Source: Thermoplasmatales archaeon (GTDB lineage: Archaea > Thermoplasmatota > Thermoplasmata > Thermoplasmatales > GCA-001856825). From it: 64,000 nt of DNA. A model generated the notes under the pieces. The model saw only the letters and a program-made list of their open reading frames with translations, was not told the DNA's origin and did no database searches. The translations under genes were made by a program, and so were the position numbers. Shown here one piece after another: positions 29,180 to 40,421 of the stretch (position 1 is its first letter; each line of letters begins with the position of its first letter). The stretch covers positions 4,868 to 68,867 of the forward strand of contig DAHWMK010000018.1 of assembly GCA_027343225.1 (NCBI GenBank), in the 5' to 3' direction.

Positions 29180-30505
29180 CTAATCAAAATTCACAGTCTC
29201 AAGCAATTCCCTTGCTGTGGATTTGTCAAAATTCTTTCCAACTTCAAGTATCCTATTGACTCTTTCTTGGTCCTTTATTATCCTGAATCCTTTTGCCTTT
29301 AGATCGTCCCAGCTGTAAGGATTCCTGAAATGTCCCTTAGGAACTGTCACTTCCCTCACATACTCACCTGATTTAGTTCTAACTGTGATTTTTACGGGGA
29401 GGTAGTCAGGGTACATAGAGTCGTACTTGTCATTGACAACCAGTCTCATAGAATCTATGACTCTCAGGATTGACGGATCATTTAGGTATCCTGACTCGAA
29501 AGATTCAATTCCTGGTTCACCGTACAACAGAGTGTATGCTATGATGTAGGGAAGACTGTGGTCGGCTGTCTCCTTCGTTTTGGGTCTAAGCTTCTCTGGA
29601 TCCTTCACTATTATCTTGTGCGCCACTGAAAACGTGTCAACCTCTACCTTCCTTATCTCTTCACCATTCAACTGGTTTCTAATCCAAAGGGCTGATTCCA
29701 CTGCACTCATTGCGTGGTATTCGACAGGATAGTTCTTTATCATCGTCCTTAGAATTCTGTTATCTTCTAGATTGACCTTTATATTGCCTGTAACCTGTTT
29801 GAAGAATCCCATCTCTCCTTCGAATATTGGAGATGGCCCAGTCAATCCCTCACTTGCGAGGAGAGACGCAAACACGGAGTTGCGAGACGCATTTGCTGCT
29901 GTACAACCTTTCCACATGCTCAGTTCTCCAGCCCGTGTCTGTCTCATGGAGATGTTATTATTGATCGCAAGATTAAGTGTGTTTATGAATTTGTTCTTGT
30001 CAAATTTGTTCAGGACTCCCAATCCGGCTGCCGATGATATTGAAATATAGGTGACATGGTCCCATCCCCGGTCCCTTATTGAAAAAGCATCTGCAAATGC
30101 ACCAACTACTTGGTAGGCTGTAGCAAGTGCTCTGAGTACCTGTAATCCCATCTCATCGATAGAGTAAGCGTAAGTCAGAAGTGGTGGAACATTATCAGAA
30201 GGGTGAAGTGCTTCCTTCGAGAGATAGGTATCATTGTAGTCTAGATATCTGGTCATTGAACCGTTCAGATATGTTGCAATATCTACCGCTGCCTTCCTCG
30301 AGTCGAAGTAAATTGGTGCATTAAACCTTCCAGATGATGGCAGTAATGCTTTCTTAGAAAATTTGACAGCATCGGAGTTTCTTGCACCATAAGAAACGAA
30401 CAACGAATCAACTATCCTTTTCTTTAACTCATCTATTGTTTTTTTATCCATTAAAATTCTGTCAATTCCCTCACTGTACTCGAAAATCTGCTCGTCGAGG
30501 TTCAA
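29180..30505 (-). CDS. prpD: MmgE/PrpD family protein (2-methylcitrate dehydratase)
   Basis: RYLDYNDT, HPSDN, GWDH, RAGELSMWKG, YPVEYH and ETADHSLPY. Confidence 0.92.
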   Translation of the reverse strand: MNLDEQIFEYSEGIDRILMDKKTIDELKKRIVDSLFVSYGARNSDAVKFSKKALLPSSGRFNAPIYFDSRKAAVDIATYLNGSMTRYLDYNDTYLSKEALHPSDNVPPLLTYAYSIDEMGLQVLRALATAYQVVGAFADAFSIRDRGWDHVTYISISSAAGLGVLNKFDKNKFINTLNLAINNNISMRQTRAGELSMWKGCTAANASRNSVFASLLASEGLTGPSPIFEGEMGFFKQVTGNIKVNLEDNRILRTMIKNYPVEYHAMSAVESALWIRNQLNGEEIRKVEVDTFSVAHKIIVKDPEKLRPKTKETADHSLPYIIAYTLLYGEPGIESFESGYLNDPSILRVIDSMRLVVNDKYDSMYPDYLPVKITVRTKSGEYVREVTVPKGHFRNPYSWDDLKAKGFRIIKDQERVNRILEVGKNFDKSTARELLETVNFD

Positions 30506-30649
30506 CGGATCACCTTCACTCGAAATGCTTTCTTCTACTAAACAACTATCTATTTTATATCTAAATTATTCTTCTTTAAATGACGCATTCTTCTAAAGGG
30601 TTTGATTGTCCATATTCATCGAAAATGAATATAACCATGATGATGATTC

Positions 30650-31774
30650 GTGATGGTGAGCCTGAAGACAAGGCTGATAAATACCTCTGCACTCTTCTAT
30701 CTTCTTTATGTCTTAGCAGTTGCTGGAACTACGACGTTCTTGGCCACTAGGCCGTTTCATTTGACTCAAACAACCGAAATATTGCGGGGCTACTCAGGGG
30801 CCTTGTTCATCTTATTTATAATTTCACTTGTGGTGTTTAGGGGAATGATCGTTCGAGTTAGATATTCATTCTTCATTGGGGTCTTCACTCTTGTCACAAC
30901 AGTAGTTCTGATCATTCCGGTCATCAGCCTATCCGTCACCACCATACCTCTCCTGGTGATATCATTGGTTTCACTCGTTGCACTTATCAGGAGATATGAG
31001 TACTACAACTTTCCAACCAGGCTGTTCGATAGACCAGAGATTTCGATATCCATTGTCATCATAGTAATAGTACTGCTTATAGGAGTCATAGGAACTATGC
31101 TCCTGGGAAATCAATTTAGTCCCAAGATAACAGATTTCCCACGCGCTCTCTACTATACGGGAGAGGTCGTGACCACTCTTGGGTTTGGTGATATCCTCCC
31201 TATCACCAGAACATCCCAGATTTTCAGCATAGCCATGTCGATACTTGGGATAGGTTCTTTTTTTGGGGCAGTAACCGTTATAGTTGGCCCATTGATATAT
31301 GAAAGAGGAAGAAGGGTGGTGAGAGTAATTCAGCGGATTGAAAGCAAAATGATGGATAATTACGTTCTGTTCATCGATTTTAGTCCACTACTAGTTCCAC
31401 TTTTAGAAGAGCTTGTCAAAAAGGACGAATTGGTGATTGTCCTCATTGATGAAAAGTCGAAAGAAGGGATGATCGATGCTAAAAATGTGTTTGTAGAGAT
31501 AGACCAAGACATCGATAAGCTCATTTTGCACTTTGATCTCGGGAAATCAAAGCGTATTGTTCTCGGAAGTTCAGAGGATAGCAGAAATATTATGAATGCC
31601 CTTTATCTCCTTTCCCTGTACCCAGGAGAAGACCTGAAGGCCAAAATCATATCGCTCGTAAACGTTTCAACTAACGTGTCTCGGTTAAAGTCACTCACAG
31701 GTGAACTCATAAGCCCTGCCGACCTTGTCGTAGAACATTCGATGTCTCTATTTCTATCAGGAAATCTCAAATGA
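30650..31774 (+). CDS. Potassium channel-like protein with extra N-terminal TM helices and a divergent RCK-like C-terminus
   Basis: Pore region ALYYTGEVVTTLGFGDILP flanked by TM helices. Confidence 0.85.
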   Translation: MMVSLKTRLINTSALFYLLYVLAVAGTTTFLATRPFHLTQTTEILRGYSGALFILFIISLVVFRGMIVRVRYSFFIGVFTLVTTVVLIIPVISLSVTTIPLLVISLVSLVALIRRYEYYNFPTRLFDRPEISISIVIIVIVLLIGVIGTMLLGNQFSPKITDFPRALYYTGEVVTTLGFGDILPITRTSQIFSIAMSILGIGSFFGAVTVIVGPLIYERGRRVVRVIQRIESKMMDNYVLFIDFSPLLVPLLEELVKKDELVIVLIDEKSKEGMIDAKNVFVEIDQDIDKLILHFDLGKSKRIVLGSSEDSRNIMNALYLLSLYPGEDLKAKIISLVNVSTNVSRLKSLTGELISPADLVVEHSMSLFLSGNLK

Positions 31775-31919
31775 TGAAGCCTAAGATGTTTGGAATGTTC
31801 TTACAAAAGGATTGCCAAAGTGATTTCATTATTTTTCGACTCTGAGTCCATCTCTCAGGAGGAGAATTCCGGGGAGTTCCGATACCTCTCGCACCTGATC
31901 AAAAATACTTGACATTTCT

Positions 31920-33479
31920 TCAGATTACGGGAATAGATACTCCATCCCCTCTTGGATCGGCTCCTCCTACAACTGCCCCGTTATTCAGTCTAGCAGTAAT
32001 CTGGGCGTGTCCAAGCAGAGACGAAAACCCAATATTACTCACTTTCCTATCAGGGAAAATTTTTCTAATTTCTTCAGCGTGTTTTTCAGATTCGACGATG
32101 AAATGATTTGGCTTTTCGTAGATGGTATATGGAAATGCCCATCTCGGCTCATCAATTACTCCCTGAGGGTTGTCTTTGTTCTTCATCAATCCAAGCATCA
32201 ATTGAATGTGCAACTGAGGTTGTATATCCCCTCCCATGGACCCTAAGGATGCAACGTAACCGTTTTCATCCTCAATCATGCCCGCGCATAGGGTGTGAAA
32301 GGTCCTCTTTCCAGGCATTAATGAGTTGTGATGTTTCTTATCCAAACTGAAGTAACTTCCCCGATTCTGAATGACGATACCAGTACCCTTGGGTACGATT
32401 CCTGAGCCAAAGCCTATGTAATTGCTCTGTATGACCGACACGCTGTTGCCTTCTGAATCAGTTATGGAGAAATACGTGGTATCTCCCCTGTCTTCAGATT
32501 CTAAATGCGATAAGTCCAATTTCAAATTTCTTTTTGAGACTTCAGTTGCGAATTCCTTCGTGCTGAATGTCGCCGGCAAAGGAAGGTAATCTGGATCTGC
32601 TATCAATCTGTCACGCTGCGAATACGCAATATGACCTGAGATTAGGATATCCCGCAGCGTCAGATTTGGCGCCTTGGATTCCACGATATTGAGCCAGAGT
32701 ATTGCTGTAGCAGCCTGACTGTTAGGAGCAGTCTCGTATATCCTGAATCCGTTGAAATTGGTGGAGACTGGATCCTGAAGAGTGGATCTGTGCATTCTCA
32801 AATCTTCATCGGATATCTCTACTCCAAGTTCGTTTAGCCCTCTGACAATCTTATCTCCGATATAACCATCATAAAAGGAAGAAAATCCATCCGATACGAG
32901 GCTCTCAAATGTATCGGCCAGATCATTCTGTTTGAATATTGTTCCTGGCGGTGGAATGATGTCATCCTTCATGAAAATTGACTTCCAGTTTTCAAATTCT
33001 TCCAGATACTTAGAGCTCATTTGGATAGATTCACTATAATTCTGAGTTATTGGAAAACCGTTCCTAGCGAGGTCATATGCGTATTTCAAAAGATCTCTCT
33101 CCTCCATAGTTCCATACTTCTTGTTAAGGTCCTCCCATGCCCTAACTAGTCCGGGGACGGTCAAGACTGCATCTTTTCCCCTTAGAGGTAACTGAGTTAT
33201 CCCTTTGTCCAGGAAATGCTCAATCGTCATGCTTTTGAAGGCTCTCCCGCTTCCATTCAAGTCGATTACTGGTTTCCCTACTAATTTTAGGAGGACGAAA
33301 GTATCTCCACCAAGACCGCATAAATTGTTCTGAGTCACGCAAAGAGCTGCGCTGGTAGCTATCGCGGCGTCAACGATGTTTCCCCCCGACTCCAATATCT
33401 TAACCCCTGCAATAGAAGATTGGATGCTAGATGATGATACCACTCCCTTCCCAGAAAAAGCATTAGGCCTCGTTCGCAT
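31920..33479 (-). CDS. ggt: Gamma-glutamyltransferase family protein
   Basis: GGNIVDAAIA, GLGGD, autoprocessing GDTTYFS, PGKRTFHTL, MGGDIQPQ and GADPRGDG. Confidence 0.93.
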   Translation of the reverse strand: MRTRPNAFSGKGVVSSSSIQSSIAGVKILESGGNIVDAAIATSAALCVTQNNLCGLGGDTFVLLKLVGKPVIDLNGSGRAFKSMTIEHFLDKGITQLPLRGKDAVLTVPGLVRAWEDLNKKYGTMEERDLLKYAYDLARNGFPITQNYSESIQMSSKYLEEFENWKSIFMKDDIIPPPGTIFKQNDLADTFESLVSDGFSSFYDGYIGDKIVRGLNELGVEISDEDLRMHRSTLQDPVSTNFNGFRIYETAPNSQAATAILWLNIVESKAPNLTLRDILISGHIAYSQRDRLIADPDYLPLPATFSTKEFATEVSKRNLKLDLSHLESEDRGDTTYFSITDSEGNSVSVIQSNYIGFGSGIVPKGTGIVIQNRGSYFSLDKKHHNSLMPGKRTFHTLCAGMIEDENGYVASLGSMGGDIQPQLHIQLMLGLMKNKDNPQGVIDEPRWAFPYTIYEKPNHFIVESEKHAEEIRKIFPDRKVSNIGFSSLLGHAQITARLNNGAVVGGADPRGDGVSIPVI

Positions 33480-33949
33480 GCAACTCTACTCTTTTTTGAT
33501 TTATAACCTTATTTTTACTATATTAGGGGTAAACTGAGCCATTAAGTCATCGTTAGCTTTCAATAAAAACACGTTTTGGGATATTTCCGTACACTGTTGT
33601 AAATGTCGTCTGCCATGTGGATTTTCTATATTCCCTGAAAATGTTGAGATTCACCTCCATTTTTAGCTCTACTGGATTATGCTTGTTACCAGTACAGACG
33701 ACCTCTTCATATTGACAGTAATCACAGGACGCGACCGGTCAATTTTAGAACTCAAGTACTCTATCGTCAACCCGTCTATTCAATCTACGAGTCAACCTAG
33801 CCTATTTAAGAAAGTTCTGATAGAATTGACTTTAAGAATGCTAAATCGTTATCAGAATCAGATCAGAATCCAAGCTTCGTTCGTAGCAAGAAAAGTGTCG
33901 TTAGAATTTTCTATTAATTCCCATTAACTCTACAACCGCAAGATGAATC

Positions 33950-35116
33950 ATGAAGTTCTACCTTGAGAACTATGGATGTACCTTGAATCAGGCCCAGGGA
34001 GAGATGATTGCCAACTCACTAGTATCTCAGGGAAATCAGCTAGTAGGAGATATTAAATCAGCAGACTCAGTTCTCGTATCCACCTGTGTTGTCATCAAAC
34101 ACACAGAAGACAAGATGATTAAGAGAATCGAGGAGATCAAGAATGAGGGAAAGGAAGTCATAGTCTCAGGATGCTTGACCAAAATTCCATTCGATGACGT
34201 TAAAAGGCTCGATTTTTCTGTAGCTTATGGAAAACTTCCAATACTTAAAGAAGGAAATTTGAGTGTTGGGGTGCAGATCGCAGAAGGATGCGATGGCGGT
34301 TGCACATTTTGCATTTCAAGAATTGCGAGAGGTAGACTCAAAAGTTTTCATGAAGACGAGATAATTCGATCCGTGAGCGATATTATAGGTAGAGGTGCAA
34401 GAGAGATCAGACTGACGGCACTTGACACCGGTTCGTATGGACAGGATAATTCTACAACACTTCCTGAACTGGTGCGTAAGATCACAGAAATCGAAGGGGA
34501 TTTTAGGGTGAGGGTGGGAATGATGGAGCCAGAAAACGCAGGATCAATAATGGACGACCTTCTTGATGTTATGAAATCCGATAAGGTCTACAAATTCCTT
34601 CACATCCCATTCCAGAGTGGTGACCCTATTGTTCTCCGGAAAATGGGAAGGCAGTACAAGATAGAAAGGTTCCTTGAAGTTGTTCGGAAATTCAGGAACA
34701 AATTTATGGATGGAATGCTGAGCACTGATGTAATTGTCGGCTTTCCGTATGAGAGTATCGAGGGGCTCCGGGCTACGGCTCAGATTATCAGGGAGATTAA
34801 ACCAGAAATACTCAACGTCACTAAATACTCCCCAAGACCAGGTACGGCTGCATTTTCTTGGAAGACCCCGCCGTCAAATCAGACTGCCCAGTGGAGCCAG
34901 ATCTTCACAGAACTCCACAAGGACATATCAGAAAGTTCGCTCAAAAGATTTGTTGGGAGGAAGGAGAAAGTGATGTTAATGGAAAAGGGAAAGAACGGTA
35001 CGCTTATCGGAAGGGACCAGAATTATCATCCAGTGATATTAAAGAGGGGAAATCTAGGAGATATAATGAAAGTTGAGTTGTTCGGCAGTTCTCAGTTCTA
35101 CCTGCTTGGTAGATAA
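33950..35116 (+). CDS. tRNA methylthiotransferase (MiaB/MtaB-like radical SAM, probably acting on t6A37)
   Basis: YGCTLN, STCVV and SGC of the UPF0004 domain; CDGGCTFC; C-terminal TRAM domain. Confidence 0.9.
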   Translation: MKFYLENYGCTLNQAQGEMIANSLVSQGNQLVGDIKSADSVLVSTCVVIKHTEDKMIKRIEEIKNEGKEVIVSGCLTKIPFDDVKRLDFSVAYGKLPILKEGNLSVGVQIAEGCDGGCTFCISRIARGRLKSFHEDEIIRSVSDIIGRGAREIRLTALDTGSYGQDNSTTLPELVRKITEIEGDFRVRVGMMEPENAGSIMDDLLDVMKSDKVYKFLHIPFQSGDPIVLRKMGRQYKIERFLEVVRKFRNKFMDGMLSTDVIVGFPYESIEGLRATAQIIREIKPEILNVTKYSPRPGTAAFSWKTPPSNQTAQWSQIFTELHKDISESSLKRFVGRKEKVMLMEKGKNGTLIGRDQNYHPVILKRGNLGDIMKVELFGSSQFYLLGR

Positions 35117-35265
35117 TGCCTATAAAACGTTTATAACGCCGGGTTCTATTGAACAGCAATGAACCCTATTAAGTTCTGCAAAATTTTCCACAAAAATTCG
35201 GAGATGAAGGGTACACAGTCCATGAAGGAAATATCAGTAAAAAGCGGGGTTGAGGAGGGAGAACC

Positions 35266-35487
35266 ATGATTGTCAAAGTGAATGTGAGGACAGGTAACAA
35301 TCGGGTAGAGGAGAAGGGTGGAACGCTCATAGTCTATACGACAGAAAAGAGGAAGAACAACAGGGCCAATATGGATGTCATCAAACAACTGTCCAGATTG
35401 TATTCTGTCCCTCAGAGTAATGTACGCATAATTGCCGGGCAGACATCACAAAAGAAAGTGATAGAAATTTACGAAGCAAAAAAATAG
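35266..35487 (+). CDS. DUF167 (YggU-like) protein
   Basis: VKVNV, RAN..VIK.LS and IIAGQTSQKKVIEI. GGAGG SD. Confidence 0.85.
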   Translation: MIVKVNVRTGNNRVEEKGGTLIVYTTEKRKNNRANMDVIKQLSRLYSVPQSNVRIIAGQTSQKKVIEIYEAKK

Positions 35488-35524
35488 TGGCGAGAGTCAA
35501 TCGAATGTTATGAAACGGGGTTGT

Positions 35525-35956
35525 TCACTCAATATACAGACGAGCTATGGTAAAGTGTCTCTTCGCAAGTTGCATTGCCGTCTTCAGATTCTTCGCTTCC
35601 TTCCCAATCGCTGATGCCTTGTAGTTTGGATCGACCTTAACATTGACAACATACCCGCTTTCTCCTGCTGTGATGTTTAAAGATACCACCTTGTACCTAT
35701 AAAAGAGATTTCTGAAGAATTGTTCCGGTTCTGCTGCAAAGTCAAGAACATTGACCCTCTTTTTCACGTTCTCCTTTATCTTTTCGAGAGCCTTTTTCTT
35801 CTCGTCGCTCGTGAATAGCTTGTATGTACCGCCTTTTTCGAGAACGTAGAAGATGACGTCCTCAGTCTCCATCACGTCCTTTACCGGGAGACCGATGGAC
35901 TTTTCGAATAGCTGTATGAGGTCTAAGCTCCTGGTATCAAGAGTTATCTCGCCCAA
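35525..35956 (-). CDS. nusA: Archaeal NusA (KH-domain transcription factor)
   Basis: Last gene of the RNAP operon; AIGKEAKNLKTAMQLAKRHF. Confidence 0.88.
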   Translation of the reverse strand: MGEITLDTRSLDLIQLFEKSIGLPVKDVMETEDVIFYVLEKGGTYKLFTSDEKKKALEKIKENVKKRVNVLDFAAEPEQFFRNLFYRYKVVSLNITAGESGYVVNVKVDPNYKASAIGKEAKNLKTAMQLAKRHFTIARLYIE

Positions 35957-35958
35957 AT

Positions 35959-36234
35959 TTACTCATTCTCCCTGAACTGAGAGACTCCAGAGTCTATCAC
36001 GCCCACTACCGATACTGCAAAGGGTTTTCCGAATGTGTTTCCCAGCTGGATAGAATTGAGTGGAACGACAAATTTCGGGACTTTTAGCTCTTCATATTTT
36101 GCTTTCAAGTGCGGCTCGTCTGCGATGACCACCGCCTTTATGCCGCCCTTTTTGCCGAGCTTTTCCGTGGCTCGCTCTCCCAGAACAAATTTTCCAGTTT
36201 CCTTCAGTCTACCTAGTTCCCAGTTGTAGTCCAT
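35959..36234 (-). CDS. rpl30e: 50S ribosomal protein L30e
   Basis: TGKFVLG and LGNTFGKPFAVSVVGVIDSG; operon position. Confidence 0.93.
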   Translation of the reverse strand: MDYNWELGRLKETGKFVLGERATEKLGKKGGIKAVVIADEPHLKAKYEELKVPKFVVPLNSIQLGNTFGKPFAVSVVGVIDSGVSQFRENE

Positions 36235-37776
36235 TTACTCTTCTCTCCTGTACGAAAGCTTTACTGCACCTGTACCGAGGGTGATTGGTTGTCCCACTAT
36301 AATATTTTCTGCGACACCGTTTAGTCTGTCCACTTCCCCAATCAATCCGGCATTCAGCAGGTGCTTGCTTGTGATTTCAAATGCTGCCCTGGCGAGAACC
36401 GATGCCTTCTTTCCAGATATGCCGTGCCTTCCAATTGCCTCGACAACTCCAGAAAAAGTCATCATGTCCGCTACCAGCATGAGGTGCCGGATGTCAGTGT
36501 TGAGTCCTGCATTGTGCAAGGTAGACGTACTTTCCTCTATTATCGCCTCCCTGGCAGCCTCAACTCCGAGGACCTGTGATATTTCTATAATATCGTTGGT
36601 CTTCGTTCTGGCAAAGTCGACGTCCTTAAGCTCGAGGACGCCAGCGAGATTAGAGCCTTGAGTGTAAATGATCCATTCCTTTGCCTTCTGGTCAAACTTG
36701 ACTATTGCCCTCTTGATACCGTCAAGACCCTTTACCTGGAATGTCTTGAGGTTCTCATAGAGCTGGTATATCTTCTTGAATGACGGCTCATCTAGGGAGA
36801 GCTTGATCTGATCTTCATCCTCCGTTATCGTCGTCTTCTGCATCCTTATCTTCTTCAGCTTAGGAAGAATTTCTTCCCTCTTTAGTCCCCTTTCGATCAT
36901 CTTTTGCTTATCCAGCATTATCAGGACGAAACTCTCAGTGGTGTTTACCTCTATGTCTGCAACATCCAGTAATGTTGTCGACTCTATAGATCGAGCCAGA
37001 GCTACTGCCCTGTCCTCATCTCCCCTGGTCTTTTCAGTCATATAGATTGTCATTGAGGGAGTACTGGGCGTCTTCCTAGCATCCACGATTTCGATCAGCC
37101 TAGGCAGACCAAGAGTAACGTCCATTTCCGCGACTCCTGCGAAGTGGAATGTCCTCATCGTCATCTGGGTACCCGGCTCGCCAATGCTCTGGGCACCTAC
37201 TATGCCAACTGCTTCATATGGATCCACTCCAGTCTCCCTGTACTTTTCGATTGTTGCCTTAACGAGCTTGTCAAAATCCTTTCCATCTATCTTGTACTGC
37301 TTTTTAGCCTCGGTAAGCCGCTCGGCGATTTTTACCGGAAGATTTTCTCCATCTTTCTCGACCTGGCGCAGAAGACTCTTAACATCGCTGCTCAGCTTGT
37401 TCTCCATTGGTTCCCTCTGTTCTATCTTGGCCTCTTCCTTCTTTACAAGAATTGCGAACGAAAGTACTTTGTCTATCGAGCCTCCCGAGACCTCCTCGTA
37501 ATTGACGATGTCGTCCTGAATCTCTTCTATCTTTTCTATGGTGACAAGAGTTTTCAGTTTGTCCTTCTTTTTCTTGAGAACATTTTTCTCATTCTCATAA
37601 GGAGCTATCTTGGAGATCTTTGCTCTTGCGACGAATGTCTTACCGGTTACCGTTATCAGTGCCTCTTTTATCGTTTTTTCAGGTTGGACTTCGTAATCTA
37701 GAACGTAGCCGATTGGCGCCTTGTCTATGAGTTCCTTGACCTTCTTCAACGTGTCCTTCCATGCCAATATCGTCAT
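36235..37776 (-). CDS. rpoA2: RNA polymerase subunit A'' (Rpo1C) with an N-terminal extension
   Basis: [26 protein letters not shown] and [10 protein letters not shown]. Confidence 0.97.
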   Translation of the reverse strand: MTILAWKDTLKKVKELIDKAPIGYVLDYEVQPEKTIKEALITVTGKTFVARAKISKIAPYENEKNVLKKKKDKLKTLVTIEKIEEIQDDIVNYEEVSGGSIDKVLSFAILVKKEEAKIEQREPMENKLSSDVKSLLRQVEKDGENLPVKIAERLTEAKKQYKIDGKDFDKLVKATIEKYRETGVDPYEAVGIVGAQSIGEPGTQMTMRTFHFAGVAEMDVTLGLPRLIEIVDARKTPSTPSMTIYMTEKTRGDEDRAVALARSIESTTLLDVADIEVNTTESFVLIMLDKQKMIERGLKREEILPKLKKIRMQKTTITEDEDQIKLSLDEPSFKKIYQLYENLKTFQVKGLDGIKRAIVKFDQKAKEWIIYTQGSNLAGVLELKDVDFARTKTNDIIEISQVLGVEAAREAIIEESTSTLHNAGLNTDIRHLMLVADMMTFSGVVEAIGRHGISGKKASVLARAAFEITSKHLLNAGLIGEVDRLNGVAENIIVGQPITLGTGAVKLSYRREE

Positions 37777-40421
37777 TTTTTCCCTCCGTACTTGTTTCCG
37801 AACATCTCTTTTACGAGATAGTCCACATCTACAGACTCACCCTCAAACGATCTTGAAGGGTCCGTGCCATCTTCTCCATATTCCAGCTGGATGACTGAGT
37901 CCTCCGTGTCAAGCACTCTTCCATCTTCTGACACCTTTAGGTCCTCCAGAGCGTTGATCAGCCTCCTCTGCATGTAACCAGATCTGGATGTCCTGACTGC
38001 TATATCCACCAGACCCTCTCTTCCACCTGTTGCATGGAAGAAGTATTCGGTTGGATTCAGTCCTTCCTTGTAAGAGGAACTGACGAAGCCTCTTGCATAG
38101 GCGCCTATGTCCCCCTTCTTGAAATGAGGCAATGTTCTGCTGGTATAACCCCTGTGCTGTCTTTGGCCCCTTATGCTCTGCTGGCCGATGATACCCGCCA
38201 TCTGTGCTAGGTTCATCATGTTGGCCCTTGCGCCAGACCTAGCCATTATGACCGTGGAGTTGTCCATACCTAAGTAGTGCGAAGCTATCTCCGAACTTTT
38301 TTCTCTTGCCTGAGACAGCGTCTTCATCACCATCGATTCTAGCGTGTCCTCCAGGGTCTTTCCGGGCTCCATGCCGATCAGGCCGTTCTTGTAGTTCTCT
38401 ATAAGCTTCTCCACCTTCTGGACGGCCTCATTCCCAACCTCCCTCAGCTGGGCCTTCGCCTCTCCAGGAACGTCCTCATCGTCGATGCCGGTCGAGAACC
38501 CATTGAAACTTATCACGCCTGCAGCCAGACGCGTCAGGTTGTCTAGGAATTTTGCTCCCTCAGCGTTACCGTACTTCCTGAGTACGTAGTCCAGCAGTGC
38601 GCCCTTCGACTGACCTATTGCATTCTCATCTATCGCCCCGTTAAGAAGCACACTGTCCTCGATTCTTATGGTCCCCTCCGTCCCATTCGGGTCTAGGCTC
38701 TTATCTCCTAGTTTACCCTTGAATTCGATGTTGACCCCCTTTGGGAGAATAAGTGAGAATATGTCCCTTCCCCTGAAGTACTTCTTTCCGTCTATCTCTA
38801 CCGGTTCAGGAGTTCGATCAACATCGACGTAGCTCATAATGTGCAGTCCGGCCTCGAGTGGTATCAGAGGATTCCTGTAGGTGAGCATGAAGAGAGCCGT
38901 GATGTGATCGTGTATCGCTCCCATGATTGGCCCCCCGAACCTTGGAGACAGGAAATTTTCCTGTACCTTCATCAATATCTCCGCTTCCGCCCTCGCCTCC
39001 TGGCTCTGCAGGACGTGGAGATTCATTTCATCTCCATCGAAGTCTGCGTTGTATGGAGCGCAGACGGCCAGGTTAAATCTAAATGTTCTGTACGGAAGCA
39101 CCTTAACTTCGTGCGCCATCATTGACATCCTGTGCAGGCTAGGTTGTCTGTTGAACAGCACTATGTCGCCATCCTCTATCTGCCGCTCTATCTGCCATCC
39201 GAGTTCCATCTTTTCCGCGACTTCGCTTGCGTTCTTTTCTGATATCTTTATTCTGCTTCCATCTGCCCTGTAGACATAGTTTACTCCTGGTTTGTACTCT
39301 TCCTCTTCCTTGCCCGGTCCATTCTTTATGAGTTCCTTGAGTCTCTCAAAATTATGCTCCGTGGCCGTTTCAGTGACGGTCAGTTCTCTAGCGGCCTTCG
39401 CAGGGACGCCAACCTGGTTGATTGATAGGAAGGGTTCTGGACTGATAACGGTCCTGGCCGAGAAGTTGACCCTCTTTCCTGAAAGATTGCTCCTGAATCT
39501 TCCCTCTTTCCCCTTAAGCCTCTGGACGAGGGTCTTGAGGGACCTTCCTGACCTGTGTCTTGCTGGTGGAGTGCCTGGTGTCTGGTTGTCAAAATAAGTG
39601 GTAACGTGGTACTGGAGCAGGTCCCACAGGTCTTCTATGATAAGCTGTGGACTCCCCTGATCCCTGTTCTCCCTCAGTCTCTGGTTGATCCTGATAACGT
39701 CCACCAATTTGTGAGTCAGGTCATCTTCGCTCCTTTCTCCGGTTTCGAGCGTGATAGTGGGCCTGACGTTAACGGGTGGTACTGGAAATACTGTGAGAAT
39801 CATCCACTCCGGCCTAGCGACCTTCGGATCAAGACCTATTAGAGGCAGGTCATCATTTTGTATCTTCTCGAACCTTTCCCTGATTTCCTTGGGAGTGAGT
39901 TTCTTTCCCTCTTCTCTGAAAGTAGTTGGTTTGTCGAGTGCGACCTTCTGATTTTCAAAATGGCAGTGAGGGCATATAACGACCTCAGAAGCGTCCGACT
40001 CGACTTCCGAGACAATATCGTCATACTCAATGTCGCTAAGGCGGTTCTCAGTGTCCTTTATCCTCTGGAAGTATTCCTTTAGTTTGTCTTCTGGGAGCTT
40101 TATCCTCCCACAATTGGAACAGGTGCTGGAAAGAATTGAGTATATCTCCTTGATAAATCCGATATGAACGACTGGCATCGCAAGTTCAATGTGCCCGAAG
40201 TGACCAGGACATTGATCTACCTTGCCCCCACAAGTCTTGCACTTAAGACCCGGTTCGATGACTCCCATTGCCGGATCCATAAGACCCTTTTCGATTGGAT
40301 AGCCGTCATCGTCGTACGTGTCAGGAGTTATGACTTTTACTGCAGACATCCTCCTGACTTCCTCAGGAGAGAGCAGCGCAAACTTGAGTTCCTCAATACC
40401 CTTAGAAATTTCCACCTTCAC
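37773..40421 (-). CDS. rpoA1: RNA polymerase subunit A' (Rpo1N)
   Basis: CPGHFGH, catalytic NADFDGD and bridge helix [11 protein letters not shown]. Confidence 0.98.
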   Translation of the reverse strand: MKVEISKGIEELKFALLSPEEVRRMSAVKVITPDTYDDDGYPIEKGLMDPAMGVIEPGLKCKTCGGKVDQCPGHFGHIELAMPVVHIGFIKEIYSILSSTCSNCGRIKLPEDKLKEYFQRIKDTENRLSDIEYDDIVSEVESDASEVVICPHCHFENQKVALDKPTTFREEGKKLTPKEIRERFEKIQNDDLPLIGLDPKVARPEWMILTVFPVPPVNVRPTITLETGERSEDDLTHKLVDVIRINQRLRENRDQGSPQLIIEDLWDLLQYHVTTYFDNQTPGTPPARHRSGRSLKTLVQRLKGKEGRFRSNLSGKRVNFSARTVISPEPFLSINQVGVPAKAARELTVTETATEHNFERLKELIKNGPGKEEEEYKPGVNYVYRADGSRIKISEKNASEVAEKMELGWQIERQIEDGDIVLFNRQPSLHRMSMMAHEVKVLPYRTFRFNLAVCAPYNADFDGDEMNLHVLQSQEARAEAEILMKVQENFLSPRFGGPIMGAIHDHITALFMLTYRNPLIPLEAGLHIMSYVDVDRTPEPVEIDGKKYFRGRDIFSLILPKGVNIEFKGKLGDKSLDPNGTEGTIRIEDSVLLNGAIDENAIGQSKGALLDYVLRKYGNAEGAKFLDNLTRLAAGVISFNGFSTGIDDEDVPGEAKAQLREVGNEAVQKVEKLIENYKNGLIGMEPGKTLEDTLESMVMKTLSQAREKSSEIASHYLGMDNSTVIMARSGARANMMNLAQMAGIIGQQSIRGQRQHRGYTSRTLPHFKKGDIGAYARGFVSSSYKEGLNPTEYFFHATGGREGLVDIAVRTSRSGYMQRRLINALEDLKVSEDGRVLDTEDSVIQLEYGEDGTDPSRSFEGESVDVDYLVKEMFGNKYGGKK

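Noticed and set aside
33480-33949. 82-aa + strand ORF and a roughly 60-codon minus-strand open stretch containing CDYC in the ggt-methylthiotransferase spacer
   Set aside because: No recognisable family and no convincing SD/start. It could be a decayed gene, but the sequence alone does not support that.
35159-35269. 36-codon ORF overlapping the DUF167 start (ATGA)
   Set aside because: Too short and without recognisable motifs; it cannot be distinguished from a 5' leader.
35488-35525. RNAP operon ends at nusA without rps12/rps7
   Set aside because: Breakage of this superoperon is common in archaea and is not a signal in itself.
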